Shown: positions 35,385 through 43,858 of the stretch, piece after piece
How positions within the stretch are numbered: the first letter of the stretch is position 1
Layout of the letters: each line of letters opens with the position of its first letter
Virus record (IMG/VR): IMGVR_UViG_3300021962_000060
Coordinates: 1 to 64,000 of that record
Direction: 5' to 3' (one strand)
Source: a virus
Length of the DNA: 64,000 nt
Notes under the pieces: generated by a model
Told to the model about the DNA's origin: nothing
Database searches by the model: none
Seen by the model: only the letters and a program-made list of their open reading frames with translations
Program-made: the position numbers and the translations under genes

Positions 35385-36137
35385 TCAACTCCATTGAAAA
35401 GCAATCGGTATACCGGATTCCGAGGATTCCTTTTCAAGTTTCTCTTTTTCATACCCATGAATTTTAGTAAACTCAACTCTATAGTTGAACCAGCCAATAA
35501 CGCCATTCCAAAACTTATCTTCTGTTGTATCGCGAAGTTTAATCAATTCCTCGTCTGTTAATAAAAAGCTTAAAACACCAAGAGGCATGTAAACTGTCAA
35601 ATCATAGTTAACATCTTTATCAGCAGAATACTTTTTTAGAAGCATCTGATAGTCTTCAACTATCCTTTTAACAGCAGGGCCGGCATAGTGATCAATTGCA
35701 TCATTTTCATTTCTTATTCTTGGACAAAAATCATCAACACTTGTTATGGTTCCAAAAGATCTACAAACAAGCGGTCTATAACCATATATACTGCATCCAC
35801 CTTTATAGAAGGCACAATGACGTTCAGTTTCTCCACCAGGCTTCCAGTCATCATCATGCATTGCATCAATTAAATCCTGAATGACACCGCCAATCCACTC
35901 ATTAGCAAAGTCTTCACCTTTGCTTTCCATGAGGCGATAGCATTCCTGCTTCAAACTAAAAGCAATATTCGCACATTCCATCATGGGAATGGTCAAACCA
36001 ATTTTACAACAATTACCAGAGCCAAGACACTTGTATTTTGTTTGATTTTGTTTGGCTTCTAAAACACGAACTTGATTGTAAATCATATCAAGATGTGCAA
36101 AAGTAGTAATATCTTTAATATCGACACTTCTTCTCAT
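35385..36137 (-). CDS. YkgJ-family Cys-cluster (Zn/Fe-S) protein
   Basis: CLGSGNCC...CAFY..GCSIYGYRPLVCR. Confidence 0.85.
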   Translation of the reverse strand: MRRSVDIKDITTFAHLDMIYNQVRVLEAKQNQTKYKCLGSGNCCKIGLTIPMMECANIAFSLKQECYRLMESKGEDFANEWIGGVIQDLIDAMHDDDWKPGGETERHCAFYKGGCSIYGYRPLVCRSFGTITSVDDFCPRIRNENDAIDHYAGPAVKRIVEDYQMLLKKYSADKDVNYDLTVYMPLGVLSFLLTDEELIKLRDTTEDKFWNGVIGWFNYRVEFTKIHGYEKEKLEKESSESGIPIAFQWS

Positions 36138-36433
36138 CTAAGTTTCTTACCCTTTTTTTTCAAAGCATTTGCTTTACGCATTTCTCGTCTTTTTCTTTCG
36201 ACCATCTCTTGCATTGGCGATTTAGGTCTCCTGAGAGTTGTACTCTTCAGATTACGACCTTTTCCTCTATACTTTAAAAGATCATACTTTTTAACCCAGT
36301 TGTACAAAGCCTGAGGTGTGACTTTAATGTTATAGGTCTTTTCAAGATGCTTACAGATATCAGTCAAATTCATACGGCGTTTAACATACATCTCGTAAAG
36401 AAACTGCTTATCTTTATATGGTTCTAAAGCCAT
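36134..36433 (-). CDS. Small basic HTH protein
   Basis: YKDKQFLYEMYV...LTDIC...TPQALYNWVKKY. Confidence 0.75.
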   Translation of the reverse strand: MALEPYKDKQFLYEMYVKRRMNLTDICKHLEKTYNIKVTPQALYNWVKKYDLLKYRGKGRNLKSTTLRRPKSPMQEMVERKRREMRKANALKKKGKKLR

Positions 36434-37004
36434 GAGTAATACCATACCACATCCCGATGCCTATTGCGTCGGTAATATCACTATCAAGCCCTTCAGAAAC
36501 AAAATTTTCTATTTTTTGATCCAAAATATCCTTGACGCGCTGTTTTCTTTCATTACTTAGTCTTTGCTGAATTCCCTTTTTACCGAATTCTTTTTCTATC
36601 GATGCAGCCTCTTTTTTAGAAACATTCTTATACCCAATTCCAGATTTCCAAGTTAAAGGATTTACATCAGTTACATTCTTACAATAATCATCAAGAATGC
36701 CCCATGTAAAACCAATAATATATGAAATAATACGACTTGATTGAAAGTTCTGAATAAATACAGATTGCTCAATCACGCAAGCATCGGGCTTGTAGTTACC
36801 ACATATTGCCGGCAATTCATTCTTTATTATTGTAAATTTACGACTCATTTCAGGAGTTGATGCAAGATGTATCTTGCCATAATCTACAACAGTGATATTG
36901 TTTTCACTTATATCAAGGACAGACCAAGCGAGCGAATGAGATGCAGGATCTATGGAAAGAACACGACAGTTTTTTACTTTAGAAACAAGAGAAGATATAC
37001 TCAT
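36414..37004 (-). CDS. ruvC: RuvC-like resolvase
   Basis: VLSIDPA, VIEQ, P.TWK, DITDAIGIG. Confidence 0.85.
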   Translation of the reverse strand: MSISSLVSKVKNCRVLSIDPASHSLAWSVLDISENNITVVDYGKIHLASTPEMSRKFTIIKNELPAICGNYKPDACVIEQSVFIQNFQSSRIISYIIGFTWGILDDYCKNVTDVNPLTWKSGIGYKNVSKKEAASIEKEFGKKGIQQRLSNERKQRVKDILDQKIENFVSEGLDSDITDAIGIGMWYGITHGFRTI

Positions 37005-37327
37005 TGATCTTCACTCCTTAGTTTGGCTTCATCCCAACCCCAAGAAACAAGTCTTTGAATAAATCTCTCTTTTTTGCACCTTTCGCAAATCTTTTCTTTA
37101 TTATATCTAGATAGTACTGTTGAACAATTCGGCGTAGAACAAACTCTTTTCTTTTTTCTATTACTTTTTGTTGTATAGTATTTTTCTAAAAGTTTTTTAT
37201 TTGTAACTATTTTTCTACACTCGGCTGAGCAATATATACCGTTATAAGTTTTTGGTATAAAGCTTACTGAACAATCAGTATTTGCACAAAACCTTTCTTT
37301 AAAAAGGTTCAAGTCCTTTTTCGTCAT
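37001..37327 (-). CDS. Cys-rich Zn-finger protein
   Basis: CANTDC..YCSAEC; CSTPNC..CERC. Confidence 0.75.
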   Translation of the reverse strand: MTKKDLNLFKERFCANTDCSVSFIPKTYNGIYCSAECRKIVTNKKLLEKYYTTKSNRKKKRVCSTPNCSTVLSRYNKEKICERCKKERFIQRLVSWGWDEAKLRSEDQ

Positions 37328-38057
37328 TTGTATCCGACCAGCATTGAGAATACAAATCGCAACCCGAACAATTCTTAGAAGTTTTCTTATAAGGCTGGTC
37401 GGGTATTGTACCCTCTGTGAAGTTTTTATAAAACTTCCTATATTTAGTAAACAATTTATCTATAAAATCATCATCTTTATCTATAAGAATCGGAAGAATC
37501 TGCTGATTGTTCTTATTTTCATAAATAACAAAAGCCTGATCAAGTTCTAGACAGCGCATATAGATTTGAGCCTGTCTATAGTGATCATCTTTAGGCTTAT
37601 TATAGATTCTACGATACTCAAAACCCTCATTAGAAATTGACTTTAGTTCAATAAGTTTATGGCCATAAAAATCAATAATACCATCAGCAGTACCTTCAAT
37701 CGGCGGATCAGAATAAGTAACAGGGATTTCTTCTGCTACGAGTATGCCCATATTTTTCAGATAACTATATATTCTTTCATGCACAGCATGACCATTATCA
37801 AAAATACGATATGTCTGAGGACTAAAAGAGGATTCAACATCAACCCCATTAAAAAGATAGTACCAGTATCTAGCACATTGATTTGTGTAACTAGGATGGA
37901 AACCACCAACCTTTTTGGTCTGGACAGCATTTCTAGACACAAAAGACTGATCAATTTTTTGGATCAACTCTAGTTCTAGGTCGGCTGAGCTTTTCTTAAT
38001 TTCATCAGTCTTAGTATTCTCAGTCTTAGGAGATTTAAGAGCCTGTAGCGACTTCAT
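37299..38057 (-). CDS. Cas4-like PD-(D/E)XK exonuclease
   Basis: CAR..G.AVH..GTADG..IELKS..QAQIYM..C-terminal CSGC..C. Confidence 0.88.
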   Translation of the reverse strand: MKSLQALKSPKTENTKTDEIKKSSADLELELIQKIDQSFVSRNAVQTKKVGGFHPSYTNQCARYWYYLFNGVDVESSFSPQTYRIFDNGHAVHERIYSYLKNMGILVAEEIPVTYSDPPIEGTADGIIDFYGHKLIELKSISNEGFEYRRIYNKPKDDHYRQAQIYMRCLELDQAFVIYENKNNQQILPILIDKDDDFIDKLFTKYRKFYKNFTEGTIPDQPYKKTSKNCSGCDLYSQCWSDTNDEKGLEPF

Positions 38058-38374
38058 CAGTTATTACCCTTTCCAATAATTTTTAACACATTAATATTTT
38101 CAACAAGAGCTTCGTACATAGTTCTCCAAACATCATTTACAAACTTATCCTGCTCAGTCATCATGCTAGACTTGCGCTTATAGGCCTGAGATTTAACAAT
38201 CATCATCGTTCTATAACCAGCAAGAACATTTGCATACTTCAGAGCCTGAGCGCCAACATAAAAATCAGGATTATCTATAATATCCTGAACAATACGCATG
38301 CATTCAAGAAACTCTTCAGCCTTATCGCCCATCTGCTCAGAAAGCCAATCAGGGTCTACAATAATATCTGCCAT
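38057..38374 (-). CDS. Hypothetical helical protein
   Basis: AAGGA SD, upstream TGGTATGAT. Confidence 0.75.
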   Translation of the reverse strand: MADIIVDPDWLSEQMGDKAEEFLECMRIVQDIIDNPDFYVGAQALKYANVLAGYRTMMIVKSQAYKRKSSMMTEQDKFVNDVWRTMYEALVENINVLKIIGKGNN

Positions 38375-38403
38375 ATTTATCCTTTATATCATACCATAGT
38401 GAA

Positions 38404-39849
38404 TTACAAATATTCTGTCATAACAGAAGCAATCCAAGAAACAACCGGAACAGCAACAGCATTTCCAATCATCTTGTATCGATTAGTGTTAGACACTTCT
38501 TTACCATCAGCACCATATCTAGTGTGATCATCATCAAAACCCATCAGACGCTCGCACTCAATAGGCGTAAGCCTTCTCAAGACCAAATCAGGTGTACAAA
38601 CACCATGCTGAGAAACGGTATCAAGAGTATAGGACGGGTCATTTGGCTCACCAAAACCCCTACCAGCAGGACCGGCAGAATCAGAACGCCCAATGATAGT
38701 ACCCTGAATCGGAATAGCAGTAGGATCGCCAATCATAGGAACATTATTACCACCAGTACCCATCCTAGCTTTCAAAGTTGGCATAATACCATCATCATAA
38801 ACACGAACATCATTGACTCTAGTACCATCCAAAATAAGAACAGTAGAACGAGATTCACTGTTATTATCAAAAGCATTCAAAGTGGGACTAACAGACTCAT
38901 TAGCCCAAACTTCAGGCGGTAAATTGCCTTCAGCATCACGGGCACCTGACCTAATCACCTTGACAAACGATTCAACATTAGAATGCAAAACAAAGTTTTC
39001 ATCAGGACGCTTATGACTAGTAGCCCTAAACGTAGAACCACCTTCCTTGTAATTACCAAAACCAGTCTTCCCATACAAGACAGGCTGGGCCACAGCGTTA
39101 CCAGTACTCTCACGCCTCATCGGTGGAAAAGCATCAAAAGAAGGTTGACAATCAATACCATTCTTGTGGTTAAAACCTATTGCTTCTCCGCCAACAAGTC
39201 CAGCGCTTTCTTCAGAGCCGGCGGAAGAGCGTTGCCTCTTCTTTCTGACCTTCTTAAGATTCCCACTGCTGTCTTCGGGGACAGGTAGTATTTGGTTTCC
39301 ACTTCTTCCAACGATTGCAGGATCGAAACAAGCAATGAGGAAGACTCTACGCCTTCTGTGTGGGATTCCAAACCATTGTGCATCCAACACGTGCCATTCA
39401 ATTGCCAATGCCCCGATGTTTGCCATTTCGTCAAGGACTGCTGCGAAGTCGTTTCCTTTATTACTTGTGAGGGCACCTGGGACGTTTTCCCAAATAGCGA
39501 CTCTTGGATATGTATTTCCTGTTGCATTTCTCATCTCCTTAATAATTCTGGTTGCTTCAAAAAACATAGACGATCTCTCGCCATCTAAACCGGCACGCTT
39601 ACCAGCAACAGACAAGTCCTGACAAGGCGAACCAAAACTAACAACATCAACAGGCTTAATATCAGCACCATTGACACCACAAACATCCAAATACTTATCA
39701 GTATCTGGCCAATGATAACTCAACACATTCTGGCAATGCTTATCCCATTCAATTTGCCAAGAACACTCCCAGCCGGCAGACTCAAAACCACGATCAAAAC
39801 CGCCGATACCAGCAAACATACTACCAAAAGTAATCTTATTCATAATCAC
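38404..39849 (-). CDS. DNA (cytosine-5)-methyltransferase with long multi-TRD variable region
   Basis: FAGIGG (I), GSPCQ (IV), ENV (VI), HRRRR (VIII), RRLTPIECERLMGF (IX), GNAV (X). Confidence 0.95.
   Translation of the reverse strand: MIMNKITFGSMFAGIGGFDRGFESAGWECSWQIEWDKHCQNVLSYHWPDTDKYLDVCGVNGADIKPVDVVSFGSPCQDLSVAGKRAGLDGERSSMFFEATRIIKEMRNATGNTYPRVAIWENVPGALTSNKGNDFAAVLDEMANIGALAIEWHVLDAQWFGIPHRRRRVFLIACFDPAIVGRSGNQILPVPEDSSGNLKKVRKKRQRSSAGSEESAGLVGGEAIGFNHKNGIDCQPSFDAFPPMRRESTGNAVAQPVLYGKTGFGNYKEGGSTFRATSHKRPDENFVLHSNVESFVKVIRSGARDAEGNLPPEVWANESVSPTLNAFDNNSESRSTVLILDGTRVNDVRVYDDGIMPTLKARMGTGGNNVPMIGDPTAIPIQGTIIGRSDSAGPAGRGFGEPNDPSYTLDTVSQHGVCTPDLVLRRLTPIECERLMGFDDDHTRYGADGKEVSNTNRYKMIGNAVAVPVVSWIASVMTEYL
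39177..39527 (-). CDS. Nested alternative-frame ORF resembling the M.EcoHK31I beta polypeptide
   Basis: Own AAGGAG SD; W.TSG....G.CWM.N.LE ... YLSP....IL.R..RRG..LP..L pattern. Confidence 0.7.
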   Translation of the reverse strand: MQQEIHIQESLFGKTSQVPSQVIKETTSQQSLTKWQTSGHWQLNGTCWMHNGLESHTEGVESSSLLVSILQSLEEVETKYYLSPKTAVGILRRSERRGNALPPALKKALDLLAEKQ

Positions 39850-40135
39850 TACCTTTAATCAAATCGTTGAAAACATCCCAATCAATAATTGCTACCTTGG
39901 TATCAGAATCCTCACCAAGAACAACAGAAATACAAGGATACTTGTAATTAGATCTCCAAGCATCCTTTCTCATCTTGATCCAAGCGTCACGACTTAAAGT
40001 AAAAGACGATCCATTATGCTTATAATCAAGTAAGAACTTATGGTAAGTAGCGTCACCTTTGTTGACACCCCGACCCGAATTTTTGACAGCCTTTGCCTTA
40101 TCACGCTTAATTTCTTCTTTCTCAGTACGCTTCAT
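39836..40135 (-). CDS. Small PD-(D/E)XK nuclease / Holliday junction resolvase-like
   Basis: NSGRG..KGD...LLDYK..SFTLS...W.K. Confidence 0.7.
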   Translation of the reverse strand: MKRTEKEEIKRDKAKAVKNSGRGVNKGDATYHKFLLDYKHNGSSFTLSRDAWIKMRKDAWRSNYKYPCISVVLGEDSDTKVAIIDWDVFNDLIKGSDYE

Positions 40136-40539
40136 TCTACCGGCCAGACATACTCAAGATCAACAGGATCATTGAAGAACTGCGAGTAATACTCAAAATT
40201 CTTACGCAACAAATTAGAACGATGAGACCTATGAAAATCATAGTTGCCAAACCAAGAAGGCATAACAACATTAGACTCATCAACAACCTCAAAAGACATG
40301 GTATTCTTATAACCACGCTTTACCCACTCTGCAATCGTCAAATTCTGATATACCTTCATGGCTTCCTCATAACCCCTCCACATACGAGTAACAGGATGAT
40401 TCCTCCAGCCTTGACTATCAGTACGACCAAGAAGTACGTTCAAAACTTGAAAAGTCTCAACACGTTGCTTCCCCAGCCGTCTATAATCCAAAACCTCAAC
40501 AGACTTCTTAAAGTCATCAAAAGGTAAAAAAGTTTGCAT
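40132..40539 (-). CDS. Pyrimidine-dimer DNA glycosylase-like (MSMEG_6728 family)
   Basis: MQTFLP..LDYRRLGKQRVE..GWRNHP..MW.G..SHRSNLLRK. Confidence 0.88.
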   Translation of the reverse strand: MQTFLPFDDFKKSVEVLDYRRLGKQRVETFQVLNVLLGRTDSQGWRNHPVTRMWRGYEEAMKVYQNLTIAEWVKRGYKNTMSFEVVDESNVVMPSWFGNYDFHRSHRSNLLRKNFEYYSQFFNDPVDLEYVWPVE

Positions 40540-40613
40540 ATATCCTCCAATCGGTTTTGCACAGTGTACCACACCAGCAACCAAAATTTCCCAATTGCAG
40601 ATTTATCACAAAA

Positions 40614-41846
40614 TTATTTATCAACAAAAGTTAGCTCTTCGTCCGACAAAGCACGAAACTGACTCTGCGACAACAAAGAAGTATATAGTTTTTCGTCCAC
40701 AGCCTGGATACGATGATCTGAATCAAATGTTATACCAGTATTTGTTGAATAACTCCCATTGCCTGAATAGTATAAATACAGAGATGAATTTTTATACCCT
40801 TCAATTTCATTGAACATCTTAATACCTACACGGCGTATTAGCGATTTTAACATAAAATCACATCTAGACTTCCAGTTGTATTCTGCATACACAGAATCCG
40901 CCTGATTATAAAAATATGAACATTCAGAAGATATATTGTTATACACTTTTTTCATTAGTTCAATCATTGAATCAAAATTAGCTAAAACAACATCTCCTTC
41001 AAAATATCCAGTATAAGTAGTAGGCCCAATTGTTGAATCTATTACATTATCACCAAGATATTTTTCATAAGAACACCATCTACCTGTCGATATTACCGGC
41101 ATACCTGTAGCAAGAGCCTGAAGAGGTATGAATCCAAAACCTTCGCCTTCCGATGGATAAACCAAAACATCATGAGAATAAAAAAGATCAATCATTTCTT
41201 CATGAGAAAGTGTTTTATAAATTTTCCGAATATTAGGAAGAAGAATTGATAAACCTTGATTGGAACTTCCTTCATGAGTGTGATACTTAAGAGTTAGTTC
41301 AACATTTGGATTATTTCCAAAAAGAATAATAAATGCTTGCTCAACCAGATCAGCACGCTTTCTTGGTGAACCGGAGTCAACATGCAAGAATCTAATCTTA
41401 TCTCCTTGACCACGAAGCTTTGGTTTCCACATATCATCAATGCCATGTTCAAAAACATAAGTAGGAGTTTTAACTCCTGAATTCAAAACAGCGTCAGCCG
41501 CAAATTGGTTGCCAACCCATATTTCATCAACACGATTCATTGGCTCAACCCAATGACTCCAAACTTTTGTAGCTTCTAAGTGAGTACCATATATTTTATA
41601 TTGATGATCATGGAACTTTTTAAAACCAGGTGCTCTTAAGTCCTGCATGTTTTTTAAGTTATACCACTCTGGTTCCATATAAAACATTTGTATTGGCGAC
41701 TGGCCACCATTCTGAACAACCTGCATTGTTTTATTTCTGTAGGTGAATTCAGAAAAATGTTTGCATATACGATTATACCCGTATGCATAACCAAAAATAT
41801 CAACAGCATCCTTAATATGCTGATCTGTATGCATTGAAAATATCAT
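40614..41846 (-). CDS. GT-B (GT4) glycosyltransferase
   Basis: FGYAY, PRKR, YPSEGEGFGFIPLQALATGMP; paralog of 33295-34347. Confidence 0.88.
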   Translation of the reverse strand: MIFSMHTDQHIKDAVDIFGYAYGYNRICKHFSEFTYRNKTMQVVQNGGQSPIQMFYMEPEWYNLKNMQDLRAPGFKKFHDHQYKIYGTHLEATKVWSHWVEPMNRVDEIWVGNQFAADAVLNSGVKTPTYVFEHGIDDMWKPKLRGQGDKIRFLHVDSGSPRKRADLVEQAFIILFGNNPNVELTLKYHTHEGSSNQGLSILLPNIRKIYKTLSHEEMIDLFYSHDVLVYPSEGEGFGFIPLQALATGMPVISTGRWCSYEKYLGDNVIDSTIGPTTYTGYFEGDVVLANFDSMIELMKKVYNNISSECSYFYNQADSVYAEYNWKSRCDFMLKSLIRRVGIKMFNEIEGYKNSSLYLYYSGNGSYSTNTGITFDSDHRIQAVDEKLYTSLLSQSQFRALSDEELTFVDK

Positions 41847-42763
41847 CAGGAATTCAAAATAATATTATAGATGTCCTGTCTATCAGACTCAGAAAGTTCT
41901 ATAGAAGACAGACCATTCCATTTCTTATCTCCATAAGCATACCAAGCGCCTCTGCGCTCAATTATATTTGACTCAACAGCCATGTCAATTAGTTCTCTAT
42001 CTTGGTCAATACGACCTTCATCAGGTAGAACATAGTAATAACCAGTAGTCCCAATAGTAGGCAACTGCTTAGTCTTCTCAATAGTCCATGTAGCACGCTG
42101 ACTTAGGATACGGCTTGACTCATCGCGCTCCATTTCTTTTTGCGACATGGAAAGAAAAAGCTTTACAATATTATGCATATTATGATGAACAGTATTACCC
42201 ATCTTAGCTTTTGTAACAGCATACATACCGCTCAAGTCAATAGTCTGATGGGCAATAAAAAGCATTATATTCTTTTCTTTATGAAGATGATTTACAAGCT
42301 TCTGCAAGAAGTAACCCTGAGAACGAGCCTGAAGTCCCATAGCTTTACCACCGTCAGGCTTATCATAAAACTCTTCTTTGATAATATTAGAAAGACTATC
42401 AAATAAGAAAATATGCTTTTCATCAGGATGATTCAAATATGGAACAAGGTTCTTTAAAATCTCTTCAACAATAGTTGACTGAATAACTACAATATCATCA
42501 ATATCGATACCGCACTTTTCCGCATAACTATCAGAGTAAGAATACTCTGAATCAATAATTACCGGCCTATACCCCATCTTTTGTGCCTCAGAAATAATCC
42601 TAAAGCACATAGTTGTCTTACCTACGGACGGAGTACCCCAGAATAAATGAGTAGCACCAGTATTCAGTCCACCACCAAGTGCTTTATTCAAACCCAAACT
42701 AGGAGTCGGAATAATATCGTGAGTGGGCATTTTATCGCCCTTACGCTTATCAACAAATAACAT
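41846..42763 (-). CDS. recA: RecA/UvsX-like recombinase
   Basis: LNKALGGG, GTPSVGKT, IDSE, FDSLS, GAWYAY. Confidence 0.92.
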   Translation of the reverse strand: MLFVDKRKGDKMPTHDIIPTPSLGLNKALGGGLNTGATHLFWGTPSVGKTTMCFRIISEAQKMGYRPVIIDSEYSYSDSYAEKCGIDIDDIVVIQSTIVEEILKNLVPYLNHPDEKHIFLFDSLSNIIKEEFYDKPDGGKAMGLQARSQGYFLQKLVNHLHKEKNIMLFIAHQTIDLSGMYAVTKAKMGNTVHHNMHNIVKLFLSMSQKEMERDESSRILSQRATWTIEKTKQLPTIGTTGYYYVLPDEGRIDQDRELIDMAVESNIIERRGAWYAYGDKKWNGLSSIELSESDRQDIYNIILNS

Positions 42764-43275
42764 TAGTTAACCTTTCTTAAAACAATCATTGTTCTTAAAT
42801 TATAAACTGGGAATCCATCAACTTCAACATTTGGAAGATTTAAAATAAACTTAGCTTCTCTTACAAAAGAAAAGCTTAAATCCATAATTAAACGATTCAA
42901 TTGATTAGCCGATGGCCCAAACTCGCTAGCACATTCTACTACTAAAACATCAACTTTGCTCAAAAAACGAACTAAATAATCCCATTCATTTTGATTATCT
43001 TCAAAATCAAAACCAAGAAGAGCCATGCCAACACTACCATGAATATATGGATTAGAATCGACCCATTCACTAAAAGTTCCATGAAAAGAATTATTTATTG
43101 TTTTCAATGGATCAATTGTATAAACAGTAGCATTATGTTTAATAGGCAGCTTTTTTCTAAAAGCACCTACGTCAATAATTGTTTCACAGTCATGCAAATA
43201 ATGACACGCAATAACTTTTCTAATTTCAAATTCAGAAGAGACCAGATACTCCCATTTCTTTGTATCCATTTTCAA
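42763..43275 (-). CDS. Hypothetical protein, possible degenerate SAM-methyltransferase fold
   Basis: IIDVGA..TIDP. Confidence 0.5.
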   Translation of the reverse strand: MKMDTKKWEYLVSSEFEIRKVIACHYLHDCETIIDVGAFRKKLPIKHNATVYTIDPLKTINNSFHGTFSEWVDSNPYIHGSVGMALLGFDFEDNQNEWDYLVRFLSKVDVLVVECASEFGPSANQLNRLIMDLSFSFVREAKFILNLPNVEVDGFPVYNLRTMIVLRKVN

Positions 43276-43858
43276 CCTCCTTTGGCATTATCAAGCCAGT
43301 ACCACAACCAATATAAAAATTAATATAATATAAATTATTAGAATCAGCATAATCCTTCATAGCATGAAAAGATCCAATTTCTGGATGATTGCCATTAGAA
43401 TTATTCCAAGTATCATGAACAGTTATAGCCCAATCGCCTGACATCTTTGCACCATAATTATTTAAATCATCTAAAACTTGATTGTAAGAATGATCAGCAT
43501 CTACATGTAGATAATTTATAGAGTCAAACATTTCAACAGCATCATTTGTAAGTTTTTTAATTACAGTGACTTCAGGATAGTTTTCAATATTATTTGTATA
43601 TTCAGGCCTACCCCAAGGGCCCACATCTGCATCGACCAAATAAACTTCTGTATTTTCTATGCAGCCTTCTTTGATAAGAGTCCGCTGTGCTTCTGCCATT
43701 AATTTAGGGACAAAGCCTGCGCCAGAACCAAGACACACACACCTTTGTGATTTCAGCATGTATGGCAATATAAAATAAAGACTTCCAGCCCCAAGATGCA
43801 ATCCATCAGCACCATGAGAATTAGCATATGGGGATGTACTAATTACATTATCAAACAT
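43232..43858 (-). CDS. Class I SAM-dependent methyltransferase (Methyltransf_24-like)
   Basis: LGSGAG, LHVDADHSY, ITVHD. Confidence 0.8.
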   Translation of the reverse strand: MFDNVISTSPYANSHGADGLHLGAGSLYFILPYMLKSQRCVCLGSGAGFVPKLMAEAQRTLIKEGCIENTEVYLVDADVGPWGRPEYTNNIENYPEVTVIKKLTNDAVEMFDSINYLHVDADHSYNQVLDDLNNYGAKMSGDWAITVHDTWNNSNGNHPEIGSFHAMKDYADSNNLYYINFYIGCGTGLIMPKEVENGYKEMGVSGLF

